This document shows, piece after piece, positions 1 to 12,675 of a stretch of DNA of 64,000 nt. Under the pieces are notes generated by a model. That model was not told the DNA's origin and made no database searches. It worked only from the letters and a program-made list of their open reading frames with translations. Position 1 is the stretch's first letter, and every line of letters starts with the position of its first letter. The DNA lies in NCBI GenBank assembly GCA_964016885.1, contig OZ024740.1, positions 419,430,001 to 419,494,000 on the forward strand, in the 5' to 3' direction. The position numbers and the translations under genes are program-made. This DNA comes from Eledone cirrhosa (lineage: Eukaryota).

Positions 1-1972
1 AACAGTACTTTAATATAATTATGAGCAGCTGGTTTGAACAGAAAGAGGTGAGAGAATTCTGTCCAGATACGGCTGGTTTAAATGCTAAAGAGTTAAGAAA
101 CATTTTAGTAATTCTTTGTTCATATTAGGAGGGGGTACATCTTTTTTGTAATGTATTTTTTACCTTAAGGCTTTTTCAGTAGACGTGTTCAACATATTGA
201 ATCTGAGATTTTATGACCAGAATTGCAAAAGAAAAAAATAAGTGATAAACATATGATTAAATATCGCAGAAGTATTCATATTTTCATCACATTCCGAATA
301 CTGTGTGATGATTTAAAAGGTCTTGTATCTGGTTTATATATCAATCAATATTTATCTGAAGAAATGGATGTGTGACTTAACAACACAGGCTGTGTTAGCC
401 TGCTAATTTATTATTAATGCTACTTTTGATTTTAATATTCCAAGTAATTTAAATATAATTATCTTCTGTCTTTTATTTTTTTTATTCATTTTTCTTAGTT
501 GTTGATACATTTCTTTTTCTATTATGTTTTAAGAGCATTAACATGCTTAGAATTTTCTCTTAACACTAATCCAAATTATGTTTAAAATTGTAATCAATAT
601 TTTATTTCATTTTTAATTTTATGAAATTTACAAGGGAAACATATATAATTGTTTAAATATCAGCATCATTTTAAAGCTAAATTAACTGCAACAGATTGTA
701 CACAACTGACATTTTACAGAATAACAAAACATTTTACTGTAAATCTCCTTTCATTGCACTGTTGATCAATGGTAGGCTTCCTTTCTTCTAGTTCACTTAT
801 ATCAACCTATTAAATAAAGGTCAGCGTTCCTGTTTCATTACTGAAAATGTCTATTACACTGTATTTTTCTGCTGTAAGCCACAGCTAGAGGATGTCAGCA
901 TATTTATTGTAAGTTCTTTCATTTATCCTTTTTTCCATTCTTCTCTCGACTTTTAATGTGTTTATCTACAAAATGCCCAATTTCCTTCTAAATACTTGCT
1001 GTGAAAGTCTGATATTACATATCTTCTAGGAATAAGAACAATCACTAAAATATATTGCTACCGTTTGTCTCTGTCCCCTTTTTTCCATGACCTGTGTCAG
1101 TTTATTTTCCATGTGCAATACTTCAACAATTTCTTAAGTGCATTTCAAGGGTCAAATTTGAAAGTCCTCACTTCTTTAGTTAGTTTGAACCTTTGTGGGT
1201 TTTCATTGCCTTACATTTCTGATGTCAAAACTTGCCAGGATTGACTTTGACTTTCACCTTTCATCTTTCCCTGTCTAAGAAAATATTTATTTTTGTGCAC
1301 TTTACACACATTCTTGTGTATATCATTCTCACTGTGTGGTTATATGCATGTGTATATAAGTGTGACATCACTCACTTATATTGTCAAAAACATTTTTAAC
1401 AAACTATATTTCGTTACTAAATAAAACAAATCTTATGGTTTCTTAGTTTACAAAAAAATCATTTTTTCTTTTCAATCAAATTAGTTTGTTTTGCTATGTA
1501 GTAAGTTGCAGTGGGGAGTTTTTAAGTTTAAAGCAAGTTGGTTTTTAAAAAAAGCAATAACCACTTACAATGAAGAAATTATGTACATTCACACTCACTC
1601 ACACACACACACACGCGCACACTCACAGTCACTCACTCACACACACTCACGCAGTGATCATTGGGTATACAAAAGTGTAGGTATTGAATATTTGTGAAAG
1701 TTCACAATGTACATGTAATTGTTATAGTAACATAATTATGTAGTTCTTATTACTTACTTATTTTACAATTTTTGGCAGATGTGAACTTTAGTTTTCTCTC
1801 AGTTATTATCATCATCATCATCATCATCATCATACATCCATTTTTCCAATGTGGTATGGGTTAGTCTATCTATTTCTAAACCTAGTTTACAATGACTATC
1901 ATAGGAAGTTACATTGAGATGGCTTCCTGTTGCTTTCTCCAGGTAGATGTGAAACCTAAGAATTTTAGTTAA

Positions 1973-2202
1973 CCCTTTAGTTACCAACCTGGCCAAAACC
2001 AGCTCTGGTTCTATAAAATAAAGTCACCCATTTTAAAGGTTGCCAATTTAAATTTAAATCTTCCATCATAATTTTATATAAGAACCTTACATTAAGTTAC
2101 TATCGTAGTAATGAAATAATTAACTTTTAGTAAATCCCTCGGAATTTTTCATTAATTAATTAAAATAGAGTGTATTTCATTAGAAATGTGGTCATGAAAG
2201 GG
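1973..2202. mobile_element. MITE family 2, piggyBac-like ends
   Basis: ttaa|cccttt...aaaggg|ttaa. Opposite-orientation relatives at 20490-20721 and 21352-21579, and decayed ones at ~18620-18862 and ~25685-25936. Confidence 0.75.
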
Positions 2203-3778
2203 TTAAAGAGAAAATGAGTTTTGTGATGTTCATGCCTTTACCATAGCCATTAGCAAAATATGTGAAATATAACTACAACTAGGATTGGTTTGATAATGTC
2301 AACTTATGGACTGGACTTGATCTTTGCTCTTTAAACTCTGCTGCTGCTGATTGAACTTTTGGAGAAAAATATTTCATGTTGATGCACAGTCTGCAACGGG
2401 CAGAGTTTAGCATCACAGGAAGAATTGGGACTGTTACTGGTTTCTACTCTCTAGGGCTTGCTATATTCCTATCATATTTGGCATTAACCCTTAAACATTT
2501 GTGATATTATTGTAGTTAGATGTGTCAATGTTTTCATGTAAAAAGGATGAATAGAGGGAACTAAAAAAAGGAGGGAGAAATACAAGAATTTCTGTGTGTG
2601 TGTGTGTGTGTTATGGGCTTTGTTTGCCACCAAAGGTAATGCATTGACAGAGCCAGGTATATCCTGTTTGATCGAATAATAAAGCTAATGTTTTCTGAAG
2701 CACAATGATCCATAGGAATGGTGCTGGGCTTACTTACTTAGACTTAGAAGCTCCCACATATTGAGATGTATGAGACAGCCAAAGTGCTCCACTGACCATG
2801 ATCAGTTACATCTATCAAGACATCCCACACCTTGAGACAAATGAGACAGCCAAAATACTCCAATGACCACGGTCAGTTACATCTATCAATACATCTTTCC
2901 AACTTTTGTTGAGAAGTTTCAGGTCTCTGTTGATTGTCTGCCGCTTGTTCTGGACTATTGCATATAGCTTTTGCCACAGGAGGAATTGAACTTAAAACAG
3001 GGTTATTTCAAAAGTTTGTAGTATCTTTACTAGTGGACAAATTGTAGTGAAAATAGACTAAAGACTTCAGTTTTCAATGTGATGCAGTCATAGTGTTGTT
3101 TTGTACTTTTCATGAATGTCTTACTAATACAGTTTAATCCAGTACAGGATGTTAAGGGTTAAACTCATTTAACTAACGTCAACTAAATTTAACTGAAATC
3201 TCTGCTGAACTTATTTGATGGTTTTATCTAACTTTATATGTAGTTTTCTTGATTTCCTTGAGATTCTGTAATGGAAATATCTCTTCCATAATGTTATTTA
3301 TTTCCCATTATCACTTGACATATATATTTGACCAATCTCAACTGTGTACTCTCTTTTCTGTGATCTATTAAATTTTCCAATTTATTATATTATATACTTA
3401 TATTTAACTCTGGTGGATATTTGTAGATTGTATACTTACTTCTGAATACTATTCTCATTTTATATTGTTCACCAAATTGTAGAGTCATAAGGAATTTTGG
3501 TTTTGCTTTTCATAATAAATCCTTTTATTGAAGGTTATTATTGATTTTTCTTAAGGAGTTGACAGTACCAGCATTACATTAGTTGTGACTATTATGATAT
3601 CAAGCTAATTATACCAAGTTTTATCATTGTAATAAACGAAATAGTTATGACTAATATTAGCTGTATGAAATATTTAATGTGAAGATAGGGGTGCAAATTA
3701 AGATGATCAGCTGATCATTGGTTTTAGAGTTTAACATTTTGAAGCGAACCTTTAAGTGAGGTATTATGGATAATTTAA

Positions 3779-4007
3779 CCCTTTAGCATTTACATTACTC
3801 TATATATATATACTATTGTATTTTCACAGAAAAGCTTTACCACATAATTATCTCACATAATATCAAATCTATGATATTACTTATTTTGATATTACTTATT
3901 TTGAGAACAATACCTTAACATCAGTTTGAGTGGCCAGTTGCAGCCAGTTAGAACAGAAAGAGGTAAGAGAATTCTGGCCAGATATGGCTGGTTTAAATGC
4001 TAAAGGG
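3779..4007. mobile_element. MITE family 1, piggyBac-like ends (TTAA|CCC...GGG|TTAA)
   Basis: TIR ccctttagcattta / taaatgctaaaggg. Other copies at 1-95 (partial), 14384-14593, 26520-27067 (interrupted), 38063-38790 (interrupted), 48844-49064, 51798-52008. Confidence 0.85.
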
Positions 4008-4885
4008 TTAGAATGTCAGCTTTTGTGGTGGGGTTTTACCAATTTCCAACAAACATCATGGGCAAATGATGGGGCTTCTATGTAGTTGCTTAATCTGCTA
4101 AAAATGCCAGTTGAATTTCCCTCAAATCATACTCTACTATCTTAAAAGAGAAAATACAGAACAAATTAGATAATGTAATCTCCAATATATACAATGTCTG
4201 AAATAAACAGATTTGTGTAAAAAAATTACTTCAATAATTGGATAAAAAGAAATTTCCATTACAATAATTATTTCAGTAGTCCCATTTTTATTGCAAGCTT
4301 ACACCATTTAACGGAGCACAGCTCCTCTGTGTTTAAGATAAGTGAAGTGCTTTCTAATATTTTTCTGTTTTTCTGTTGGAAATAATGTGTGGAGTGTTTA
4401 ATAGTGCTATTTCCTCTCTATTATCAATATGTATACATGTAAGGACTGCTCTATATATATTTGTCTGCATATCTTTTAAGTTATTCTCAAGGTACAAATT
4501 ATATTAGCAGTTGTTTCAATCCCTATATCTGGTTATCTGTGTGTCTATAGTTTCTTGGTTTCTTTCAAATATATATTTTTTGTTAATTGTGAGAGTTGGG
4601 AAAGTTGTTTTTTTTTTGTTTCCTAATTGTCTCTGGGAATAATATCTTGGTACTTTACCATGATCTCTCCGCTTGTATGAATTGATATGTCTCATAGTAT
4701 GATTACTTTGTCATTCTCTACTATTTTGTGGAGTTTGTTTGTACCATCTTTTTTTTTGGATATTTCATAGCACCGCTATAGCTTTCAATGCATGACAGCT
4801 TCAACCCTGTCATCTATGTATATGTGTATGTGTGTCCTCATCATCATCGTTCTTATGCCTACTTTTACATGCTTGTATATATATG

Positions 4886-4962
<77 letters not shown>

Positions 4963-5000
4963 GTGTGTGTGTGTATGTATATATATATATATATATATAT

Positions 5001-5898
5001 GTAAATATCTTTAAGTCGTTTGGAAGCCTCGACAATGCAAATGGGTAAATCTCCGGGTAACAAGATCCGGTGGTGGAGAGAGAGATGTAAGTGGGTGTAC
5101 GTTGAGATGCGTGGTGTGTATAAGATGTGTAAGATGTGTAGAAGAATGAAGGGAAGAGTATAAAGGATAAAATAAAAATAACAACACAAGAGAGATTTAA
5201 TAGTCCCTATATATTTCGGATTCACATCCATCAACTGGGGGTTTTTTCCGGGGTGGGGGAAAGGTTGTCTGTCGGACAGGTGCGAAACGCGTCCTCCGCT
5301 GTTTGTTGTTTTGAATATCTGAGGTATTCGGCAGAGCGCGCGTGCACGTGAAATAGGGTCGGTCGGGCAGAGGTCAGCGGCCGAATGAGGGAGTGGGGTG
5401 GCGCTAGCTGTCAGTCCATTCTCTGCCTGTTTGTTAAATGTTACTGTGTGTGTGTGTGTGTGTGCGTGTGTTGTTGTCTCGCTTGAGTGTATGTGTGTGT
5501 GCGTGTGTTGTTGCCTTGTTCCTCTGTATTGGCAGTGTAGTATGTTCGTATGGTGGAATGCTACTGTGTGTGTGTGTAGTTGTCTCGTTTGTGTGTGTGT
5601 GCTTCCTTGATACGTAACGTGCCGACGTTTCTTTCAGTCGCTAGAATTGTGACAATGGGTCTTCCGTCTTTGTTTCCGCATTTGTCTATGTGTTTTTGGA
5701 AAGACGAGGCCCTGGTTTTAGTGTGTTCCTTGATCCGGATGTGCAAAGGTCGGATTGTGCTACCTATGTAGTATTGGTTGCACCTGTCACATTCTATCTT
5801 ATACACGACGTATGTGCGTAGGCAACAGTTCGCATGGCGTATCGGGCAGTCTCTGAGGGAGCATTGCCGAGGCTTCCAAACGACTTAAAGATATTTAC
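5001..5898 (-). mobile_element. Penelope-like element remnant: GIY-YIG endonuclease fragment with ~38-bp inverted ends
   Basis: Minus-strand VVYKIECDRCNQYYIGSTIRPLHIRIKEH...LRIKEA. 5001-5038 is the near-perfect reverse complement of 5861-5898. Flanked by TA/TG microsatellite. Confidence 0.85.
5205..5240 (-). ncRNA. Decayed minimal hammerhead ribozyme in the Penelope 3' repeat
   Basis: CCC-CAGUUGA-U-GGAU GUGA AUCC-GAAA-UAUA-UA-GGG. Stem II, GAAA, palindromic stem III and the AUA triplet are intact. The core has 2 mismatches to CUGAUGA. Confidence 0.55.
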
Positions 5899-7194
5899 TT
5901 ATTATTCCACAATGCTTCAAGCAAACTTCAATACTCTCATATATATATATATATAAAATCATCATCATTTAATGTCTATTTTTTCACACTTTCATGGGTT
6001 AGATTGGTCATCCATGTTATGAGACAAGTCAGGCCAGTTGGCCAGGCCATACCTTGCTCAAACAGAACTGTATTTTGGCTGTATTTCTTTACAGCTGGAT
6101 GTGACTTAGTGATTGGAGTGTTCAGCTCAAGATTTTAAGATGAATTTAAGACACTTTATTTCACATTACTCCAGTCCACTCAGCTGGCAAATAAGAGTTG
6201 TACTAGTAATTTAAAGAGCCAGTCTTGTCACAGTCTGTGTCTTGCTGAATCTCCCTGAGAACTCCATTAAGGATATATGTGTCTGTAGAATGCCAAGGCA
6301 CTTGCATATTAATTTCACAAGCTGGGTGTTCTGTTGATCAAATCAGCTGGAACACTTGTTGAAATCATCAGAGATGCAACAATTGTTGATGGTAATAGGT
6401 GGTGTTGGTGATGTTGATGTCTCCCTCTGTGGGTTTGTATTGATCCTACTATTGTTGGATTCATGTTGCTCCCTTGTTTTTTGTTATTTTTTTTTTTTTT
6501 TTCAGATCATTACCTATCCTCTTTAACATCAATAATCTATTCAAATTATGCTAAGATTGTCTTTCATCTTTCTGAGGTTAATAAAATATCTACCCAATAA
6601 CATACTATCAACATCATCATCATCGTTTTACGTTCAGTTTTCCAACTATGGTTGATTAAATCAAATCGCTCCATTCAAAATATTAGTGGCCTTCTGCCAA
6701 CATGAAAAATCATTATTATTCTTATTTGAAATGTAGTCCCCCCCAATGTAATGACTACAACAATAATCAATCATTATATATAATAGTCGAAAAAATCTGG
6801 TAAAGTACTCCTAGAGATGGAAAAAAGTGAACAGAGATGCCTGCAAGGAACCCTGCTGGATGAATGTGTTAACTATCATGTTTAGGAATCCCTGAATGCC
6901 AATTGGCATCTTTTAGAATTTAATTGTTTTTAGGCTGTGCTTGTTTATCTTCGTTTTCAATTAATTGTTCAAAATATTTATTATAATAAGTTTAAGGGTA
7001 ATTCTAAGTTATATCAGTGGTTGTTATAAGTCTTCCTTTCTCTTATGGTTTTATCTTATATTCTAAGAAAAATATTGAGGGGTGTAAATTGATACTAAAA
7101 AGAAAAAATAGTTTAATATCATATTTAATTCATCAACAGCATTGCTTATTTTACCTCCAGTTGGCCTTCTCTATTTATTTCAATTTTATTTTGT

Positions 7195-7390
7195 GTGGAT
7201 TGGCAGTATCAGCAGAGGGTCAAACGTCATGCTTTTCAGCAAAGAGTTACGGCCCTTTATGATCTGAGTTCAAATCCCGCCGAGGTTAACTTTGCCTTTC
7301 ATCCTTACGGGGTCGATAAAATAAAGTACCAGTAATGTACTGGGTAATTTCTGGCCTTGTGTCAAAAGTAGAAACAATTATTATTATTAT
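7195..7390 (+). mobile_element. tRNA-headed SINE family A (~190 bp, (ATT)n tail)
   Basis: A-box-like tggcagtatcgg, B-box gagttcaaatcc, conserved core ggttaactttgcctttcatccttacggggtcgataaaataaagtaccag. More than 20 copies in the window. Confidence 0.9.
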
Positions 7391-9511
7391 TTTTATATCC
7401 ACATATCTCTGTATATCTTGTTTGTTCGTTTTTTTTTCTTTGTTTCTCAACTATAAGTACTAGATACCTCCTCTAGTTTGTCATAGCTAACTAGCTCTAT
7501 ACGGACGTTTAAATTGATGTTTTATTTTTATATTCACATATCTCTGTATATCTATTTTTTTTTCTCAACTAAGAAGTACTAGATACTTCCCTTAGTATGT
7601 CATGGCTTACTAGCTCTATACGGATGTTTAAATCGATTAAATAAATGAATAAATAAATAGCAGTAACAAAAATACTTCCATGTGCATTTTTTCATCCTGC
7701 CATTACTTTAACAAAATTATAGATTGCTTCTCTTGGACAATTTGTTCATTCTAAAATCTCTCGACCAGCTAGATTCTATTTTCTTTACATTAAAGTATAG
7801 TTCTACTTCTATCTGCTATCCCTCTTAAGACCCAATGACTATACCAAATGACAATCACCTCTGTCTTGAGTGATTGCACTACAATCCAGGTTTTAGTCCA
7901 ATCTCAGATATATTACTGATCTCTGTATTATGCAAGTAGCTGGGAACCAACAGATTAAATTTATTACTTTTTCATTCACGTAGTGCCACATAGCATAAGT
8001 GTGTGTGTGTGTGTGTGTGTGCATGCATGCGTGTTGTTTTTAAACAACCAGAACCCGATAGAAAAGAATAAAGAATAAATCTTGCATAATAAAAAAGATA
8101 AAATGTGTTTAGATGGTTTTTTTTTGTCTTTTGAATGCAGAGTTGTTCAAGCTGAACATGTTACTTAAGTATGTTTTGTTTGTTTTTTTATTTTTGTTTC
8201 CTCTCATGACAAGCTAAAAGTAGACACATGTTACAAAAACTTGTGCAAACATCTGAATTTTCAAACTAACTCAGTCTATGTTAAGGTGGAAACAAAAATA
8301 GAGGAAAGAAAACAGTTCCAGAAACCAATTTTAACTTCAAATTTATCTCTTCCAAATTAAGACTAATTTTAATAAAGAATAAAGACAAATCTTAGCAGTG
8401 AGTAAAGTTGCAATTGTGTTGTATGATTATGAAATGCAATATTGTTTCCATAAAAAGACTTCGTCAAAATAGGGTTTTGGGATACACACAGACACACTGA
8501 TTAAATAATGTTGTTATCTTGGAAAGGGCAGTGGGTTGACTGTATCGAGAGAGTGTCTGACAACATACTTTGTGGCATAGTTACATACCTTTACGCTCTG
8601 AGTTCAAATCCCTCCAAAGTTAGCTATGCCTTTTATCCTTGCAGGGTTGATAAAATAAAGTCCCAGTAATGCACTGGGGCCAATTTAATCCCCCCCCCCC
8701 CCCCCAAAAAAAAGAATTGTTGGCCTTGTGCCCAAAAATTATAATTATTAATCCTGGGAGAGTTTCTGTGGGATTTTATTATGAATCATCTTCATTTACA
8801 TTTATTTAATATTTTTTAATGTTTTTTTAAAGGCTATAGGTGTTTACAATACAACACCTTTCCATTTGTCTTGGCCCCCTCCTCCTTCACTTCTCCTTTT
8901 CTAAGATCTACAACTATTTTTCAGATTTTCATCAGTTCATATCTTTCCCATCTAACATGTCACCCTTTACAATACTGCTTATACCAGTGGCATTATCTTT
9001 CTTGAATACTCAGTCATTATTTACAAATGGTTGGTGATAGTAACGGCATCCAGCTGTAGAAATCTTGTCGAACAAAAGGGTCAGGAGGACCTTCAGTTGT
9101 GTCAAAGACATGACAACCTCTCCTGTGCATTTGATGGAGTGTTGACCATACATAAAGCAAGACACAAATCCTTGGCCTCTCTGGGAGATCAGCGGCTCTG
9201 CTTCAGTATTGAGTGGGGGCTATGTAGATTCACCCCAACTCTTGCTAGCAGGGTAAGCAGGCCTTAAAACAATGATGACTGCTAGCAGGTAAAGTGGATG
9301 TTAAAAAGACGATGATGATGAGGGTACACTGAGACGTTTATAGGCTGACTATGAAGGAGTGATGCTAGAGCCATGAAATCTTGTATGCATTAATTTCAAC
9401 TCTTATAAATATTGCATTGTTTCTTTCCAGGGACTATATTAAAAAATAAGCTTCATTTGGTCATTTCAGGAGAGTATCTTGGTCAGCCTATGAACTTTTC
9501 AGCCAATCCTC

Positions 9512-9545
<34 letters not shown>

Positions 9546-9548
<3 letters not shown>

Positions 9549-12375
9549 GATTCAGATTTCTAGAATTCTGCGACGCCAATGACATGTCGATATGTAACAC
9601 AAACTTCAAAAAACCCGACAACCACCTGATCACCTATAGATCAGGGGAGCATTCTAGTCAGATAGATTTTATCCTCATCAGAGGACGTGACAGATGGACG
9701 GTCGTAAACACAGAAGCCTACCCTAGTGAGGAATGTACCTCCCAACATAGCTTAGTTGACACGGTCAGAACTAGACGAACATGGAAACAGAGGCCAACCT
9801 GGAGAAGAAAGATCTGGAAGCTGAAAGCCCCCTCAGCATGTAACAGATTTAAAGATATTTTACTCAACGCCTACGACAGTAAAGAAGAACAGATAGAGAC
9901 ATTCAATGTAGAAGAGCACTGGGAGTTCCTAAAAAATAACTTACTAGAGGCGACGGATGAGGTCTGTGGCTGGAGTAAGACCACAAGCAGGGGGAGAGTG
10001 GCTTGGTGGTGGAACAATAAGGTAGATGAGGCAGTTAAGGCCAAGAGACAGGCATGGAAAGAATGGAAGAACGGGGGGAGCAGGGTACATTACATAGAGA
10101 CCAAGAGGGAAGCTAGGCGACAAGTATACTTAGCTAGGAGGGAAGCAGAGGATAGAAAATTCAAGCATGTTTTGCAACGTGAGGACCAGAAACAGGAGGT
10201 GTTCAAGATTGCGAGTCAGTGTGTCAGAGAGAATTGTGATGTCATTGGAGAGAAGTGTATCCGGAATGATAAAGGTGAGCTTTCCCTCACAAGTGCTGAG
10301 AAGAAAGATGCATGGAAGAGCCATTATGATAGATTACTAAATGAGGAGAATGCATGGGAAGAAGAGACCCTACCACAAGTAACCCTATAGAGGGGCCAGC
10401 AGTACAAGTCAGCGGCAGCGTAGTAAGTAAAGCAATCAAAGATATGAAGATGGGGAAGGCAACCGGTCCATTGGCTATAGCTGCCGAGATGCTGAAGGCA
10501 TCTGGGTCTGTAGGTCACACTATAACCACACGTATTGTTAACCAGGTAATACTAGAAGGTGTCATACCAAAAGATTGGTGCAGTAGCATCATTGTCAACT
10601 GCTACAAAGGTAAAGGTGATGCACTAGATAGAGGAAACTATAGAGGTATAAAGCTGATGGACCAGGTCATGAAAATAACAGAAAGAGTTATAGCACAGTT
10701 GATTAGGCACCGGGTGAAACTAGATGAGATGCAATTTGGGCTTGTACCAGGAAGAGGCACCACTGATGCCCTCTTCCTTTGAGGCAATTACAGGAAAAGT
10801 ATCTAGCTAAAAGTAAGCCACTCTACTTGGCATTCGTCGATCTCGAGAAAGCCTTTGACAGAGTTCCACGTGCTGTATGTAATCTGGTGGGCTCTTAGAA
10901 AACTAGGAGTAGATGAATGGCTTGTGAAAGCTGTACAAGCCATGTATAGAGGAGCAGTCGGCAAAGTTAGGATTAGCAATGAGTATAGTGAGGAATTTAG
11001 CATACAGGTTGGTGTCCACCAGGGCTCTGTTCTTAGCCCTCTCCTGTTCATCATAGTCCTGCAGGCAATAACGGAGGAGTTTAAGACTGGATGCCCATGG
11101 GAACTCCTGTATGCTGATGACCTCGCACTTATAGCTGAATCTATGGTAGAACTAGAGAAGAAATTCCAAACTTGGAAGCAGGGACTAGAAAGAAAGGGTC
11201 TCAAAGTCAACATCACAAAGACTAAGGTCCTTGTAAGTAGACGAGAAAACAGAACCCAGACCCCCTCAGGGAAATGGCCTTGCTCAGTATGTAGGAAAGG
11301 TGTAGGTAGGAACTCCATTCTCTGCCCCAAATGCAAACAATAGGTACACAAGAGATGTAGCGGGATCTCAGGAAGCTTAATTTAGAATGTAGGCTTCACA
11401 TGCAGCAGCTGTGCTGGGACAGCAAGCAGCAAATAGCCACAGGAAACAAGTATCACCAATCTCTGGGAGGGCTCTGTAGAAACAGTAGACAGCTTCTGCT
11501 ACCTAGGTGACCGAATTAGCAGCGGAGGTGGGTGTTCAGAAAGTACAATAACTAGGGTAAGAATGGGATGGAAGAAGTTCAGGGAACTACTGCCACTGCT
11601 AGCTGCAAAAGGCTTCTCCCTCAAAATGAAAGGCAGACTGTATGATGCGTGTATCCGAACAGCAATGTTACATGGTAGTGAGACCTGGGTGCTGAAGGTG
11701 AAAGACTTACGTAGATTAGAGAGAAACGAAGCCTGCATGCTCCGATGGATGTGTAATAGTAATATACACGAATGACAAAGCATAAATGAATTGAGAGAGA
11801 GACTGAGCATAAGAGGAATCAAATGCTGTGTGCAGGAGAGGCGGTTGCGTTGGTATGGACATGTGATGCGTATGAAGGATGACAGCTGCATAAAAAGGTG
11901 CAGAGCACTAGAAGTTGATGGAAACCGCGGAGTGGGGAGACCCAAGAAGACCTGGGATGAGGTGATAAAAGTCGACCGTACCCAATTACACCTCTCAAAG
12001 GCGATGACACACGACCGTGACCTCTGGTGTCACGCAGTAATACAGAGTACCCGACCTCCCATGGGTACAAGCTGAAGCATATAGATAATATGCCCCCACA
12101 CCCTCCCACTGCAAGTGGTCGTGGAGGTGCTACAGCAAAAAAGCACCCAGCCCACACTGTAAAGTGGACGTGTAGGCGCCACGGAAAAAAAGCACCCAGC
12201 ACTCACTGTAAATGAGGTTTGTGTTAGGAAGGGCATCCAGCTGTAGAAATCAAGCCAAAATCAGTTCCTGTATGAGCAAGGCATGGTCAGCCGGCCAGAC
12301 ACTGCCCACAACAGGACAACCCGTCTAACCCATGCTAGCATGGAAGAACGGACGTAAAACGGTGATGATGATGAT
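9546..12375 (+). mobile_element. RTE-clade LINE, 5'-truncated and decayed (APE C-terminus, RT, 3' UTR, (GAT)n tail) inserted in (TA)n
   Basis: Frameshifted ORF pieces: TYRSGEHSSQIDFIL (APE), WWWNNKV, KGKGDALDRGNYRGIKL, QFGLVPGRGTTDA, GVHQGSVLSPLLF, LLYADDL (RT), RRLRWYGHVMR, GRPKKTW. Ends in gatgatgatgat. (TA)n on both sides. Confidence 0.95.
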
Positions 12376-12480
12376 ATATATATATATATATATGGAAAGA
12401 GGAAAAGAGTTAGGACTCCGACGGCTGATCTCCGGCCATTTTGACAGCTAGATATATATAAATGCGTGTTTGTAGATGTA

Positions 12481-12675
12481 TCATCATCATTTAATATCTA
12501 TCTTCCATGCTAGCATGGGTTAGACAGGTTTGTCCCATTTGAGGCACGTTGGGTCGGGTGACCATGTCTTGCTCGTATAGGACTGTTTCTGGCTGGTTTT
12601 CTACGGCTGGATGCCCTTCCTAACGCCAACCACATTTACAGTGTGGACTAGGACACCTACACGACCACTTTACAT
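12481..12675 (-). mobile_element. Short RTE 3' UTR copy (further copies at ~13001-13130, 21935-22097, 43975-44140, 57480-57640, 59061-59320, 63310-63460)
   Basis: Shared catcatcat-ttaacgtcca..ttccatgctagcatgggttagac...ctggatgcccttcctaac motif. Confidence 0.85.

Noticed and set aside
2770-2895. Two ~55-bp direct repeats (similar local duplication at 7388-7632)
   Set aside because: Ordinary diverged local tandem duplications with no further structure seen.
5268-5297. GAAACGCGUC, the classic stem III of Penelope minimal hammerheads, on the + strand
   Set aside because: No upstream CUGAnGA, stem II or stem I pairing could be found.
11114-11125. CTGATGA inside the LINE
   Set aside because: It is simply the codons of the YADD reverse-transcriptase motif.
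9584-12075. RT-related ORFs as an active retrotransposon or host gene
   Set aside because: Multiple frameshifts and stops, and the 5' end is missing.
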